From Octopus sinensis (taxonomy: Eukaryota), in NCBI RefSeq assembly GCF_006345805.1, contig NC_043001.1, positions 41,974,001 to 42,038,000 of the forward strand: 64,000 bases of DNA, in the 5' to 3' direction. A model generated the notes under the pieces. That model was given only the letters and a program-made list of their open reading frames with translations. It did no database searches and was not told where the DNA came from. Of the stretch, positions 1 through 14,991 are shown piece by piece. The translations under genes were made by a program, and so were the position numbers. The number at the start of each line of letters is the position of its first letter. The stretch's first letter is position 1.

Positions 1-422
1 ATTACTTCCTCAATTTCTTTCTTAAAGTTGGTTGAATAACACTAATTAACTAATTACATGATGATTCATGACTGCAGTATATATTAAAAATTTTGGACAG
101 TTATTTTGAAAGATGTGAAGCTTAAAATATTGCCAAACCAAATATGATACCTTGTAAATGCAAGTTAGATGATTTCATCAGAAATTATAAACTTTTGGTA
201 GAAGTAGTAACAGCGTACACAAAAGGGTGATCTCTTTTTTATTGTAAATGGATAGCTTGGATACTGATATTATAGATTGAAAGATGAATTAAATTTTCAA
301 TCATCTCATTCCTATTCAGTTATTATTTTGAGCAGAATTACATTTAATCGTTCTACATGAAATAGATTATCCTGATACTCCAATTTAAAAGACAAAATTG
401 AATTTTATAACATAAATTAATG

Positions 423-570
423 GGCACAGACATGGCTGTGTGGTTAAGAAGTTCACTTTGTAATCACCTGCTTCTGGATTCAATCCTATTGAGTGGCACT
501 TTAGGTGTCTTCCACTGTAAGCTTGTATCATCCAAAGTCTTGTAAGTGAAATTGAATAGGCAGAAAACTG
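423..570 (+). mobile_element. tRNA-derived SINE, 5' part
   Basis: A-box-like tggctgtgtggttaag, B-box-like ggattcaatcc, and body shared with copies at 8344, 14767 and 24017. Confidence 0.7.
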
Positions 571-619
571 AAAACGTTCACTGAATATATTGTAAGGTGG
601 ATGGTAGAATCAATGGAGC

Positions 620-830
620 AACAGACAATACTTTGTGATGGTATTTTGTTATGTCCCTTTATGTTCTGAGTTCAAACCTTCCTAAAGTCAGCTTAACTTT
701 TCACTCTTCATAGGCCAATAAAATAAGTACTAATTGATGAAATATTGGGATCAATGTTAACTGACAATATCGTAAGTGGTTCTCCAAGATGGCTACAGGC
801 CAATCACAGAAACAAATTAATAAGTAAAAA
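620..830 (+). mobile_element. Second SINE family (MetaSINE-like central domain), degraded
   Basis: gttctgagttcaaac...ataagtactaattgatg...ggatcaatgttaactgac. A related segment lies on the minus strand at about 50770-50865. The Meta-domain assignment is from memory. Confidence 0.45.
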
Positions 831-838
831 ATTAAGCA

Positions 839-1210
839 TCTCTATATATATAAACGGCAAAATGTCTGTCTGTGTGTGCGTGTCCTTTATACAAATCCAC
901 AATTTTTCAGTTAGAGGGCTCGCACCTTCTATGGTCATTCAAAACTGTCCAAGGGTGGTCGTGCACATCTTTACATTTCCCCAGTCACCCAACAAAGCCA
1001 TTAAAAAAAATCAATAGAAGTGACTTTTTTGTGAATTTTCTATCCAAAACCCAATCAAAATGCTCAAAACTTGATACACCAATTGAATGCCAGCTAGCTG
1101 TATGTGATTGGTCAGAGATTTGGACAGTACTCGCGTGTATGTGCGCACACAGGCAGCTGTATATGCATGCACTAGCACTATGACCCGGCATTGCCGGGTC
1201 ATAGTGCTAG
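839..1210 (+). mobile_element. Non-autonomous Helitron (372 bp)
   Basis: Starts A|TCTCTATATATATAAA followed by a tgtc/tgtg tract, ends with a GC-rich hairpin and CTAG|T. Inserted between A and T with no TSD. Confidence 0.75.
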
Positions 1211-2334
1211 TTTTCAAATAATAAAAAAAAAACCCTTAGTGAATGAAAGTGTTACTACTTAAATTTCCAGGCTCTTCAAAATACCTGACAAAATATGCAC
1301 ACATCTTAAATCAGAGAGCTGAAGAATATATTTCACTCAAAGAACTTACCATAGTACCAATGTAAATCACTTTATTTCAAAATGTTTCTAACATTCTGGC
1401 TTCCTGAAGAAAACATTTTCCTCCAATATGCAACACTATGTTGGTTAAGTTTCAGCAAGTATATGCAGTCATAATGTGATTAATTTGTCTATACAAAATA
1501 AACACACACTGGTAGCAGCAGTGCTGCTACCAGAAACACACAAAAGATATCCTCCTGTTCAGCAAAGGTTTATTCACCATAACACTGCAACCAATAACTC
1601 ATGGGCATGATCCCTTTGTCTTTTGATTTCATAATAGCTTGTTTCTCTCAATTTGTAAGTTACATACCACATTAACCCAAGCTCATCCGATGCATCTGCC
1701 TTACTACTTATTTATATTTTACCAAATTCTTCTTGCCCAAGTTTATAGTCTTCTGGGAGGTGTCTCAGCTCACATTTATTTACTTCACAGAATAAACCTT
1801 AACATCAGTTGTATCAACCTCCTTTATTTGGAGTAGGTGGGGGCTTGTGACAACCATGGTCACTATATCTCCTCTCTCACATTACATAATGATAATGATG
1901 ATGATTTCTAACAATGTCACAGGGTCACACATTTTGAAAAGAAACAGTCAATTAAAATGGTTAATAAATACTTCCTTTATTGACTCCAGGGACATTAAAG
2001 GGGGCGTCAATTCCAGAAGCACTTGAATTCAGGATGTAAATAAATACCATTAGACATTTAATTAATCATTCTTAATTTCCACTACCTACTTGCTACCACC
2101 CCAATAATAAACTTCTTCAGTATGCTTACTAACAACCAACTATCCACAAGTGTTTATTAGATTTCACGACATATCAAATTTTTGATCAAAATTAAGATTT
2201 TAATTTTACTCTTCTTCAGGCTTCATGATCACAGATTACCAATCATATCAGGATGAAGGTGGGGAACAAATTAGAAGCAATTTCATTCTAGGTGAATTCT
2301 GTAATATCAGAAAACATCAAAGAAAATTTCATTG

Positions 2335-3739
<1,405 letters not shown>

Positions 3740-4221
3740 TTAAAAATGTACCAAATTATTAATGTTCTCTACATTATAAAAATAGTAAACTAAGTTGTGC
3801 TACGACAATCATCATATAAATAGCATTTAATTTATTTAGAAAATACAAAATTATATCAATAGAATTCTCATTTAAACTATACAATATAGATAGTTAACTA
3901 CTAAGTTTGTAGAAAATAATCTACTTATGCATATTTCTGGATACATAAAATATATACAGAAATAAGTATAATTAGTAGTGCAAAATAAAAGTTGTAAACT
4001 AGCTGAAATCCAAATGAAATTGAAAACTTTTGTATAAAACTGTTACTCTTTAAAGTTGTAGGACATTATACAAGCAAAAATAATGTTAATTTTATAAACT
4101 GAGATTGAATTTGCTTTCTTTATACCTGTTAAGCTCTTACAAAGTAGTTGATAACTATATCCAGTTTAAGTAGTGTATTTTTAGGATCTATTTTTAATAA
4201 CATTCCTTTTCAGCAGCTTAC

Positions 4222-4232
4222 CTACAAGAAGC
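4222..4232 (-). CDS. Candidate 11-nt microexon GCTTCTTGTAG (A-S-C-R), or a recursive splice site
   Basis: Acceptor tttgttttcattctatatag| at 4233/4232 and strong donor TAG|GTAAGC at 4222/4221, 508 nt upstream of the Sec7 exon acceptor. Confidence 0.4.
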
Positions 4233-6084
4233 CTATATAGAATGAAAACAAATTCTGTTTTCAGAGCTAAAAGTATTTTTCATTTAGCTATGAAAGGAAT
4301 CAAAATGTTCTAAATAAAAATTAGCCTAACTCTCCACAAACGAAGAAAATAAATATTGGGGACCAATAATAATTTTTGTTTTTAAGTTTCCATAAAAAGA
4401 AATAAAGATCAAACCATGAGGTTTAAAGCAATTTACCAAAGTTCTCTTCCTCTATCAACATGGTACTTCACAATTTTAATGCTTATAATACTTTTAATAT
4501 ACCATCTACTTATTAGCTTAAAAACCAAAGCTTTATTTTTTTTTTTACCAAATATCCATTTGACCAAACTTAAAACTTTCCTAACAGAATAGCTATCAAG
4601 CATAATGAAAAATAATAAAAATAACTATAGCAGAAACACAGTCATAAAGTCCCATGTGTATATGTATCTATATATCTTTACTATTCTAAGCTGTAACACT
4701 TTAGATGCTTAATGGTTATTAAGATGAGTAAACAGCAGCCCTCCATATGTCTTGATCTTTCCTTTGACATGTTTTGTGTTGTATATTCTGCTCTGTGAAA
4801 ACCTTCCACTACCAACTTACGGCAAGCACTGTTTTACTTGGCATGCATCTTCCATTCAGTCACATGCCTAAATTTAGAGTTATTTCTGACAAACTAGTGA
4901 TTAACTTCTCCTGCACACATCTGTTGATATCTCTGATGTTCAATTATTTTATTTGCTTGCTTGCTTGTACCCAGTCTTTCTTGTGGGTTATCATTGTCAA
5001 ATTATCTACCTACACCCAGAATAACAATTTTTACACAACGTACGATCTGTTTTTTTCTCAGGGCAAGACTCACTTGTGGTAAGCTAGTTCTAAGAGTTGT
5101 GAGATTAGTGCAAGAGGTGAGGCTAGTTATAACAAAGTGCTTTGTAATAACTAACCTCACCTCTTATACTAATCTAACAGCTATTAGCAGAACTAGTTTA
5201 CTTACTACTTTTAGTGCTTAGGTAAATGAAGCTACTATGCCCTATCAGTCAACACAATATACCATTCTATTACTTATGAACCCACTTACTACAGTGGCTA
5301 TAGTACATTTAGTTCCTATTCACATCTTTCCTGCTCACTGAGCAAGGTCACTTCACTGAAATTTTTGGTCTTCATTTCAAATAAAAAATTTAATATTTGC
5401 TGTTAACTTTTATTTCTTTTGTTTCAAATGTTAGTTTTTGATGTTTTACAGACTTCTTTGAGAGATTTGAGTAGAAGAGCTGGAGAGAACGGTATCCTTG
5501 CTGGATACCAATCTTTTCACTCATTGCAACCTTTTTGTGTCTACAGATAATACAAGCCTTACTTAATGTACTCTCACACATCTTGCACTGTCTACGCACA
5601 CCATTCTTTCATGCCTGATATCAATCATACTTCAGATGATATTATCCTATTGAAAGCTTCCTCTAAGTCATGCAAAAAAAGGATCCTCATTTTTTTTTCT
5701 TTGCCAAATATTTCTACAATTTTTTTGTGAAAATTTAGAAGTTTAGTCTCACAGTTTGGCACAAATCCAAGTTGTATACTCTCTTAGTTCAGCCAAGCCT
5801 ATATTCATTTTATAACTCAACTCCAACCACTGGGGTATAGTACAATCTTACACAAAATTCTGATAGTAATTTGATGAACTTAACATATTCTCTACCAGAA
5901 CTTCTAACATTTCAGTTTCCAGATAAACCAGTAGCTTTCCCTGCCTTCAATGGTTTTACTTGCTATTTCCATGCAGGTTAACTATAATACTCTATATTGG
6001 TTGTTTAACCCTGACTATGATCAAAAGGATTCTAACCATAATCACACATTTACATTTAATAGCATCTCTTAGATCATGTTTTCC

Positions 6085-6300
6085 AATCCTTGTCATTTAA
6101 CATCTGTATTCCATGCTAGCATGGGTTGGACAGTTTGGCAGGATCTAATGCACTATGCTCCAATGTCTGCTTTGGTATAGTTTCTACAGCTAAATGCTCT
6201 CCCTAATGCCAACCATTTTACAGTGTGGACTGAGTGCTTTTTTTTATGCCACCTGTATCAATGAGGTTATCATGCAGCCTGCAGAACTACAAACCTCTGG
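6085..6300 (-). mobile_element. Short repeat carrying the RTE 3' tail
   Basis: Reverse complement of ggcattagg..gcat..agctgtagaaac...ccaacccatgctagcatggaa...gttaaatga, shared with the 2335-3482 tail. Confidence 0.65.
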
Positions 6301-7962
6301 GGAGGAGAGGAAGGGTCAGCTTTGTGCTAGTGGACAAGGAAATTGAACTATGAAAAGGAGGTGAGGTAGTGCAGGTTCCTGTAGAGGATCTGCAAGGCTA
6401 CTCATGTCTAGTAGGGAAAGGGGAGAGAAAGAGAAAATGAACAGTTGGAGCTGCAAGAGATTGATAATGGCGATGAAGTGTTTCATCACCATATATGTTT
6501 GGTAAGATCAGCTGAAATGGACCTATAATACTGTATACTTTGTGTGTGCGTTTGTGTGCGCATGTACAATATGTCCTGTTTTTTGTTAAGATGGAAAGGT
6601 GTGATTTAAGAAAGATTCATCTTATTTTCATAAAGTCGAGTGACCATGTATAGTTTCCTTCAATGGTAATATGTGTATACAACATCTTCCTCGGCCTTTC
6701 ATAACATTTTCCATCTCTTTTGCTCCAAAAATCTTTTTAAACACTTCATTCCAATAATATTCTTGTTACTTTTTATGTAACTGCCTTCACAACTGTCTAA
6801 TTTCTACTTCTTTCTTGAATAGTAATAGTGTTGTTGCCTAGTTTTGGCATTATTTTTTGTTTATCCATCTTCCATTTACGCCTCATCTGTAAGTTTTGAG
6901 ATACTATTCCTCTACTATACTGGTTGCTACCCTGTTGAATATTTACTACCTGTAAATTGATAAGTATTTTAAGTTAGCTCCAACTCTGCAAAAAAAAAAA
7001 AATATCTTCTCTATATTGTGAAAGTTCTCAATATCTTGCTGTCTAAACAAACATTAAGAGCTAAATGGAAATTGTCTCACTGTCTTCCTTCTCTTGGCAC
7101 TAGCAGTTCTTAATTCCATTCTGGCTTTCCCTTTGAACTTAGTGACAATAAACCATAAATTTGCCTCAAATTTAAGACACTTTGTTCCCCCTCTTCATGA
7201 TTAGGATACAATTGATGAAGTTCGCAGTTCCACCAAACTCATACGAGACCAGGTTTTCTGCAGTTGCGCACAAAAGCCTAGTATCCTGTATATTTATCAA
7301 ATTGTAGTTCCAGGTTCTACAATCTTCCCTTTTTAGCATTTCCCTATATGTTGTTAAAATTCCTTGCCCTATTAATGTCACAACCTTCTTTATAGTTATT
7401 CTCAGTAAGAGCATGCACCAACAAGGCCTGAATCATGATGGTTAAACAAACAGAAGATCAATGTTCTTGTTAGTTAATGAGGTTTGCAGAAAATAGCAGT
7501 AATCAAAGTAATTAGCCTATTGTTCACAAACTATTATAAACCTATCACTTTTGTTACATTGATAATAAAACTTCTCTACAAACACTATGTTTTTGACTTT
7601 GGATAAAAAGACGCATGTTTTTTCTCAATGATGAGCAAGTTACATTGGTGACATTCACTTTACTCCATCTCTGTAAAACATACATCAACTAATCTTTGCT
7701 AAGAGATTTCTACCTCTATCCCAGTTCTCTCTTACAAGAATTTCATTTAAACCACCTATCAGGAGTCACAACATCTCTAAAGAAAATATATTGATATTGG
7801 TGAATCCATTTAAGTCAGCTGGAAAACACAGTCAGCCTAAATGCTTGCAGGAAAAGGGTAGTTAGTGCTGGTTTCGGTTTCATTATATACATGGGAGTGT
7901 TTCTCACTTTACTGTTTTGTATTAAATCTGACAGATATCTTGATTATTATAAGACTAATTAA

Positions 7963-8183
7963 CCCTTTCGTTACCAACCCGGCCAAAACCGGCTCTGGCT
8001 CTGTAGTATAAATGTCTTGTTTCCATTAATTTTTCATTAAAATTTACCATCAAACCTTAGTCACAATTTATGTTCCTAACATTAGCTTAATGACAGCTAA
8101 GTTATTTTACTAAATTCTTTGTTATATTTAAAATAATTGAAAGAAATTTTGAGCATCTCAAAATAGATACAGTAACGAAAGGG
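7963..8183. mobile_element. piggyBac-type MITE (221 bp)
   Basis: Perfect 12-bp TIRs CCCTTTCGTTAC / GTAACGAAAGGG flanked by TTAA on both sides (7959-7962, 8184-8187). Confidence 0.85.
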
Positions 8184-8343
8184 TTAAATGAATTTAAGGT
8201 GTCAAGGTTTTGAATTTCATCTTTTTATTCTTTTATTTAATTACATTTAGTTTATATATACATTTAATTCAGTCATAGTGTGTATGTCAATAAATACAAC
8301 AGAACTAGAGAAAAATATATGTGTGAGTGTGCATATGTACAAT

Positions 8344-8688
8344 TGTGACTGTGTAGTAAGGAACTTGCTTCCCAACCACATGGTCCTAGGTTCAGTCCCA
8401 CTGCATGGCACCTTGGGTAAGGTGCCTTCTATAGCCTCAGACTGACCAAGGCCTTGTGAGTGGATTTGGCAGACAGAAACTGAAAGAAGTGTGTGTGTGT
8501 GTCCTCATCACCTCTTGACAACCGGTGTTGGTATGTTTACATCCCCTTAGTGGTTTGGCAAAAGAGGCTGACAGAATAAGTACTAGGCTTCAAGAAGAAA
8601 GTCCCATTGGATGATTTGTTTAACTAAAACCTTCAAGGCAGTGCCCCAGCATGGCCACAATCAAATCAGTGAAACAAGTAGAAGATAG
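8344..8688 (+). mobile_element. tRNA-derived SINE, full length, CR1-type tail
   Basis: Head (ggttcagtccc), body with (TG)n, tail gcagtgccccagcatggccac...gaaacaag. Confidence 0.85.
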
Positions 8689-10819
8689 ATGATTATAATC
8701 AAATTTGACACTCACTTCTGTTTTTGTAATTAGATTAATCATATATTTCTTATGTTGAAACTGCACACCATATATGGCTAATGTGAATAATCAAACTACA
8801 TTTTACCGTTACCAGTTAGAGAGTTTCAGTTTGAAGTCGTTTTTTGTTATGACGTTGTGGGTTATTTATATTATTTATTGAAGAAATTACAAACAATAAT
8901 GCATAAGACAATCTTAAAATAAATTTTTTTAGATTTTTTTTTAAATATAAGAGACTGTTTTTTTTTGTTTTTTTTTCAAAAAGATAAACATGAAATTAAA
9001 ATATAAAATTACTACATCATTCAAGAACATCTTTCATTATTAGCTCAAAAATCTAAAGCACAACAAAGTTCAAAGTAAAGGATTAAACACCTGAAGCAAC
9101 TTAAATAAGTATTTTGAAAGAAATGAAATCCATTAGATATACCTTATTTAAAGATTAAAGCATGAACGATTGCATTAAATGTTTAAAGGGTTAAAGAATG
9201 CCTCTTTTCCTTGAGCAATTTGATCAATAAAATGCAGTTCAATGGATCAATGTAAACAGCAGATAACAAAATGGTTAACCAGAAAGAGACCCTCTATGTT
9301 CTCATTGTAGATAAAATGCTATCAGCATTATATTACAAATACAATTAGTTAAGAGTCCATTAATTTCTTCTGACTCTAATAACCCAGTATTTGCCTCCAA
9401 CTTTGGTTTCACATTCTTGTTTGTTACATCTTTTATCATAATTCTAACCCTTTAACTGTCTGATAACTTGATATTTAATTACTCAATGACTGGACAACTT
9501 GTTAAATTATTTCTGTTATAAGTACCTGTGATACATACAGAAGTGGAATTTTTGATCCTGTCACAGACAGCAGCAAAATGTCAGTGCTTTGAAACAGTGC
9601 AAAAATTCTAAAGTTCAACAGAAATATTTAAGCAACGTATATGAAGAGAAGGCTTTATTTCAGAAGCAATTTTTTCCTATTTTTTAAATACATTCTTGAA
9701 AGAACAAGAAATGCTTTTCAATGAGCGTTCTGTTTCAGTCACTTAAAGAGATAACATGGTGTTCAATTTTTTGTGGATAATAGAATCTGTGACTACAAGA
9801 ATTTTAAAAGCAAACTCAAATTCCTTGATCAAAACCCAAAATTTTTAGTATAACTATGAAATGTAAAGTTGAGAATGACACAATTATGAGTTTATCTTAC
9901 TTAAAGATCAAATCTTTATTCATGTAAATGAGGTAAGAAATACGTCAGTAGTTGAAAAAACTATAATTGTTCTACTAATGTGTTAATGTGACTTCAATTT
10001 TCTTCAAGTAACAATTTCAATTTCTATTGTCTTTGTGTGCACATTTTAAGACTAAAAGATCAATTGCTTAACTTCTTGTTATCTAATATATCATAGGTGA
10101 GTAATAGCTGACTGTCCTCTATCCTACCAACCACCACATAAGTATAGAGCTGTATAATGGAGAACTAGCATAACTCATTATTTGCTTTAAAATAACAGTG
10201 AAAAAGGTATAAATAAAAACTATTCTTAGATTAATTACATATTTAGTAAACAAAGAATCTCAAAGCAAAATAAGACCACTTGAGTAGTAAGAGCAAGACA
10301 TAAATGCAAACTGTGCTGATAATACTTAGATATAGTACTTTATTATACGTCTTTGACATTTGGCATCTCTTTCAAAAGAGGAAAACAAATGTTAAAATAA
10401 TAATTCTTAGTTGAAAGGCTCTGTGGAATATCTAACTAGATTGTCATTGCTGTATATCTCTTACAACTTTCACTAATTCGCTAGTAACAGTCTCCCATTG
10501 CTTCATCATGTTTGATGTATGTTAGCTGCATCTGTTAATGCTTGTGTGGGTTAATAAAGAGCATGGAGACCAATTATTGAATGTTCTCCACAATTCAGGG
10601 AATGAGTAACTATTCTCAATTTCTTTGAAACCATTCATCATTTTCATGTCTACTTTTCCATGGGTCAGATGAGAGTGTACTGGAGCAGAATTTTCTGCAG
10701 CTTGGTGTCCTTTCTATAGCCAACCTTCACTAGTTTCCAAGTGAGGTAATAATCTTCCAATCAACCCACAGAGTTGGGTTAATAGCGGAACTTGTGGCAG
10801 TTCAGTGATGCTACACAAG

Positions 10820-11308
10820 GAAGATTGCATCAATGGAACAGCTGAGCTACTGGAAGAGACTGAGAGAGCTATGACTACTTCTTGGAGTGAAAACAGGAGA
10901 AGTATGAAGTGATATATGTGTGGAAGACACTGGAGGGGCTGGCACCAAACTTTGGAATTGAGAGTTATACTAGACCTTCAACTGGACATTACTGCACTGT
11001 CCCAGCTGTCCCATCTAAGGTGAGGGCCATGTACTGCAATAGCTTGGGGTTCAAGAGCCTACAGCTATTTAACACCTTGTCTGAGGGATCTCCATGGTGT
11101 GGGGGTAGATGTTTTCAAGAAACAACTTGACCTCTTGCTATCCAAGATCCCAGATGAACCAATATTAAGGCAGGAAGTTCAAAAGTGGGCAGCAGTGTTG
11201 AACTCCCTCCTTCACCAAAAGCTAATCACATGCAATTGGCCAATTAAAAGGTGATTACACTGGTGGTGCCCCAGCATGGTCACAGCCTTAGGGCTGAATC
11301 ATAAAAGA
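10820..11308 (+). mobile_element. CR1-group LINE 3' fragment, degraded
   Basis: SYWKRLREL..YVWKTLEGLAPNFGIESY..YCNSLGFK, homologous to the 51-kb and 57-kb copies. Tail ggtggtgccccagcatggtcacagc. Confidence 0.8.
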
Positions 11309-14300
11309 ATATATATATATATATATATGAAGAGAGAAAGAGAGAGGGTACAGTTATGTTTGTATTAACAATTTGAATCAGGAAACAAAGCTTCAGCAGA
11401 TACACAAAAAAAAAAGGCGATTGCTCTCTTCAGACAATTCTGAGAGATGAGGCACCTTCAATATGTGCAGAAGCAGTTTTTGTTATTTTTGCTAGAAAAT
11501 TCCAATGACATTGAAAATCCTGAAGTTTATGAAATAGTATTAAACAAGTGAAAGTCATTAATACCAGTGAACAAAGAGACCCACTGGTAGCAGTAAGGTA
11601 ACTAGAGACACAGAAGCTTGTTTTCTATCAATGTGTGCACACACACATACGCACACAAATATGTGTACATACAATGATGATGAAAATTACATGGAAAAAT
11701 CAAAAACTGTCCAGAAAATTATTTTTAACAGACACACCCAATGTGACAAGCATCTTATTCTGGAACCTTTCAACAACTTTGTTTAAAAATATTGCTGAGC
11801 GTAGTAGCACTATAAAGAAATTTTAAAGAGCAACACTAATGAGAATTCTTTTAGGCCATAGAGCAGTAGAATATTGATAGGGAACAAAATTGATAGTGAA
11901 TAAAACTTAATATAAGTAGTTTACATTTATTAACAGTAAAGTTTACAAAAATCTGCAATCTACAAATAGATTTATCTAAATCACTTTTTCTCTCTCCCCT
12001 CCCCCTGTTAGCACCAGCTGGAAAAATAAATAATTAGCTAATTAATTGTTGAAACTCTATACATCCAGAGTCTAAAGATTAACTGAAACAGGCTATTTTG
12101 TACTGCACTATCCCATTAATTGCATCTAAAATTAAATATTTTAGCTGTACAAGATATACAAATCAAATTTAAAACATATATAATTGAAGATAAATCTATT
12201 AACAACAAGCATTCAGTTAGAAGCAGTAACTATCATATAGCTATAAATTTTGATTGCTTGGATATGAAACAAAGATTTGTTTTATGAAAAGTTCCATTTA
12301 AGTATCACAATGACTCATAGCAAATAGCTGTTTCCTTTTTGTCTCCTACTATGTAGCAACTGGACATTTCAGAAGCAGGATATTTCTAACCAAAATATTT
12401 CCTGCAATGTTACTGAGATATAATTGATTTACATCTGATTTTTTTTTTTTTTTATATACTAATTATATTAGTGTCTGACTTTAAACATGGCTCTATAGTC
12501 CAGCATATACGTTTTTTCCCCCCTCAAAGAGTAACCATTTGAGAACATTCAGTTTCTAAAATAAGTGTATTTTATAGGATTCCTCATACACAATGAACAT
12601 TGTTTTGTAACATACTGAAGACTTAAAGAAACTTGATAATTCAATTTGTTTCACATTCATATTTTGTATGCTTACCTTCTATTTCAGATCTCAGAAGTAA
12701 TTTTCAGCCTTATCTATATATTTTACCCCCAGTTTCATGGTTCTGTTTTGAGTACTAGTCTCAGTTTATAAAGAAAGCTAAATGTAATTGAAACATTAAA
12801 AAGCAGGATCAAAAGACATTTTTTTATGTCCTACTTGCAATCTGTTTTGCTACATGATTTAGAAATTTTCGTAATATGAATATTGTATTAAATCAGAAGG
12901 AAAACCTTGCAGTCAGTCATTAATATATAGTGATTAAAAGGAAACCATATACCTCAATAGGATGAGAATTATATTTAGATAAACTGGAAACTAAGAAAGA
13001 AAAAAAATAAACATTCAATGTACATAAAGCTGAGAACATGATATACAAATCTTTTGGATGCTTTGGCCCAGAAAGTCTGGCATTATTTAAATAAGTTTAA
13101 ATAGGTTCAATTAAAAGAGGAACTAATTAAGATTATTCTATTTCCAGTCTTGCAGAGAGATGTGAAGCTGACACGATATACAAACTGGTTGTTATTCTAG
13201 TAAAAAAAAAAATTCATTGGTAACAGACCTTGGATGGATACTGGTGTAAAGCATTAAGTTGATGGCCAACTTTTTCACAAGAAGTATAGAAGGTGCATAA
13301 ATTTATTATTTCAAACATTATGCATATGCTTATATAATCTGAAGCATATATAACTTTTTTTTTTCTATTTCACATTTTACTTGTATATCAATAATCCTTG
13401 ATAAAAGGAAATAACACAAGTGTGTGTGTGTGTTCGCACACATGCACATACAGAATAGCTGGTCATGCCGAAATTTACAATGCTTAAGAAGTACACATTG
13501 AAGATATATACATGCACCAGGAACTGGCATTAAAAGTACCAGGAAAAAGGCTAGAAGGCACAGTATGAGCCAACCCACAGATGTGGGCTATAGAGGCTTT
13601 GTAAGATGCACACTGTACTAATCTTCAACTGAATGGACTTTACAGGAGTAGCAAAGAAGAGGACCTTTCAAACTGCATGTGCAGCTATAGAGAAAGCCAC
13701 AAGGCAGCTTTAGATTAAGAGAGGTGGTTCATGACAAGTGGGAAAAGTGACATACTAGAACCTGATCAAGTCAGGTTATGTGGACCAGGTGGCAGTGTCT
13801 GATATTGAAAGACTCAAAACACCCAATAGCAAGTCACATCACCAATGACACATCACAGCTTATCCATGAAATATATCCTATACACACACATGTAAATGTA
13901 ATGTGTGTGTGTATGTGTTTAAAAATACAGGCATCCCCTGCATTATGAAAATGCTTATGGAAACATAAGTATAACTACTACTTTTCAGATACAACCTGTG
14001 ATTCTGTTTTTGCAGAAACTTAAGTAAATTTTAATTTTGAAAACATATGTATAAAAAAATCTTTTTAAGGAATAAACCACTACATAATTCCAAAATCTCT
14101 TGAGAGCACATACACACATATGTGTGTGTGTGTTACACAATCACTGCATATATCTTTGGACAAACAATAATAAGGTTGTGAGATTCCTAGTTTGAACAAT
14201 AAGTAGTGTCATTCAGTCAAAATAATAACCAGTTGAGTGCTGATTTAACTTCCTCTCGCTGTCAGATCCTGGATGTACAAGGTCAAGCGTGGGAAGACAG

Positions 14301-14766
14301 AGAAAGTATCTATGGCTCTGAGTGACAGCCACTGTATGTGTGTACGTGTAATGGGTTTTTTTTTAAGCCAATGAATGTACATCAAATGATAGCATTTTTC
14401 TAAAATATAAACTAAGATATGCTTTGGCTTCAACAGACCCTGGCTATGTCTAACTTAATAGTACCATTTTAAGTCATTGTTAAGATAGTAGTATCATCTA
14501 CTATCATATATAAACTATATAAAAAGATATTCACAACAAAACTGCAAAGATACTTAAAATATAGATTCACCTAGTATATTTGGTGTAAGAAGCTGTGTTT
14601 GGTGAGTTACTTAGAGAGAATGCAAGAGGTGGTGAAAGGAATGGTTGGCAGAGTTCCCATTACATATACAGGCATAATTACTGTAAAGATAATTTCTTTA
14701 AAATTTCATTTCAGTAAAATAAGTAAAATATAAATATACTGGTTGTATAAGGTAAGATGAAAAAAT

Positions 14767-14940
14767 TAGGCGTAGCTATGTGGTAAGAAGTTTACTTCCC
14801 AACCACATGGTTCCAGGTTCAGTTCCACTGTGTGGTACCTTTGGCAAGTGTCTACCATTATAGTCTCAGGCCAACCAAAGAGTGGATTTAGTAGATGGAA
14901 ACTGAAAGAAGCCCGTCGTGTGTGTATATGTATGTATGTA

Positions 14941-14991
<51 letters not shown>

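Noticed and set aside
1350-1500. Donor ATG|GTAAGT as the possible next Sec7 exon
   Set aside because: No frame encodes the expected LTCALMLLNTDLH motif; the next exon probably lies beyond position 1.
5140-5165. let-7-like UGAGGUUAG in the hairpin arm
   Set aside because: The seed is interrupted (UGAGGUUAG versus UGAGGUAG) and the rest does not match let-7.
12676-12777. Strong minus-strand donor AAG|GTAAGC with an upstream short ORF (MKLGVKYIDKAENYF*)
   Set aside because: The frame needed for the Sec7 exon has TGA just before the donor and there is no promoter-like context; probably cryptic.
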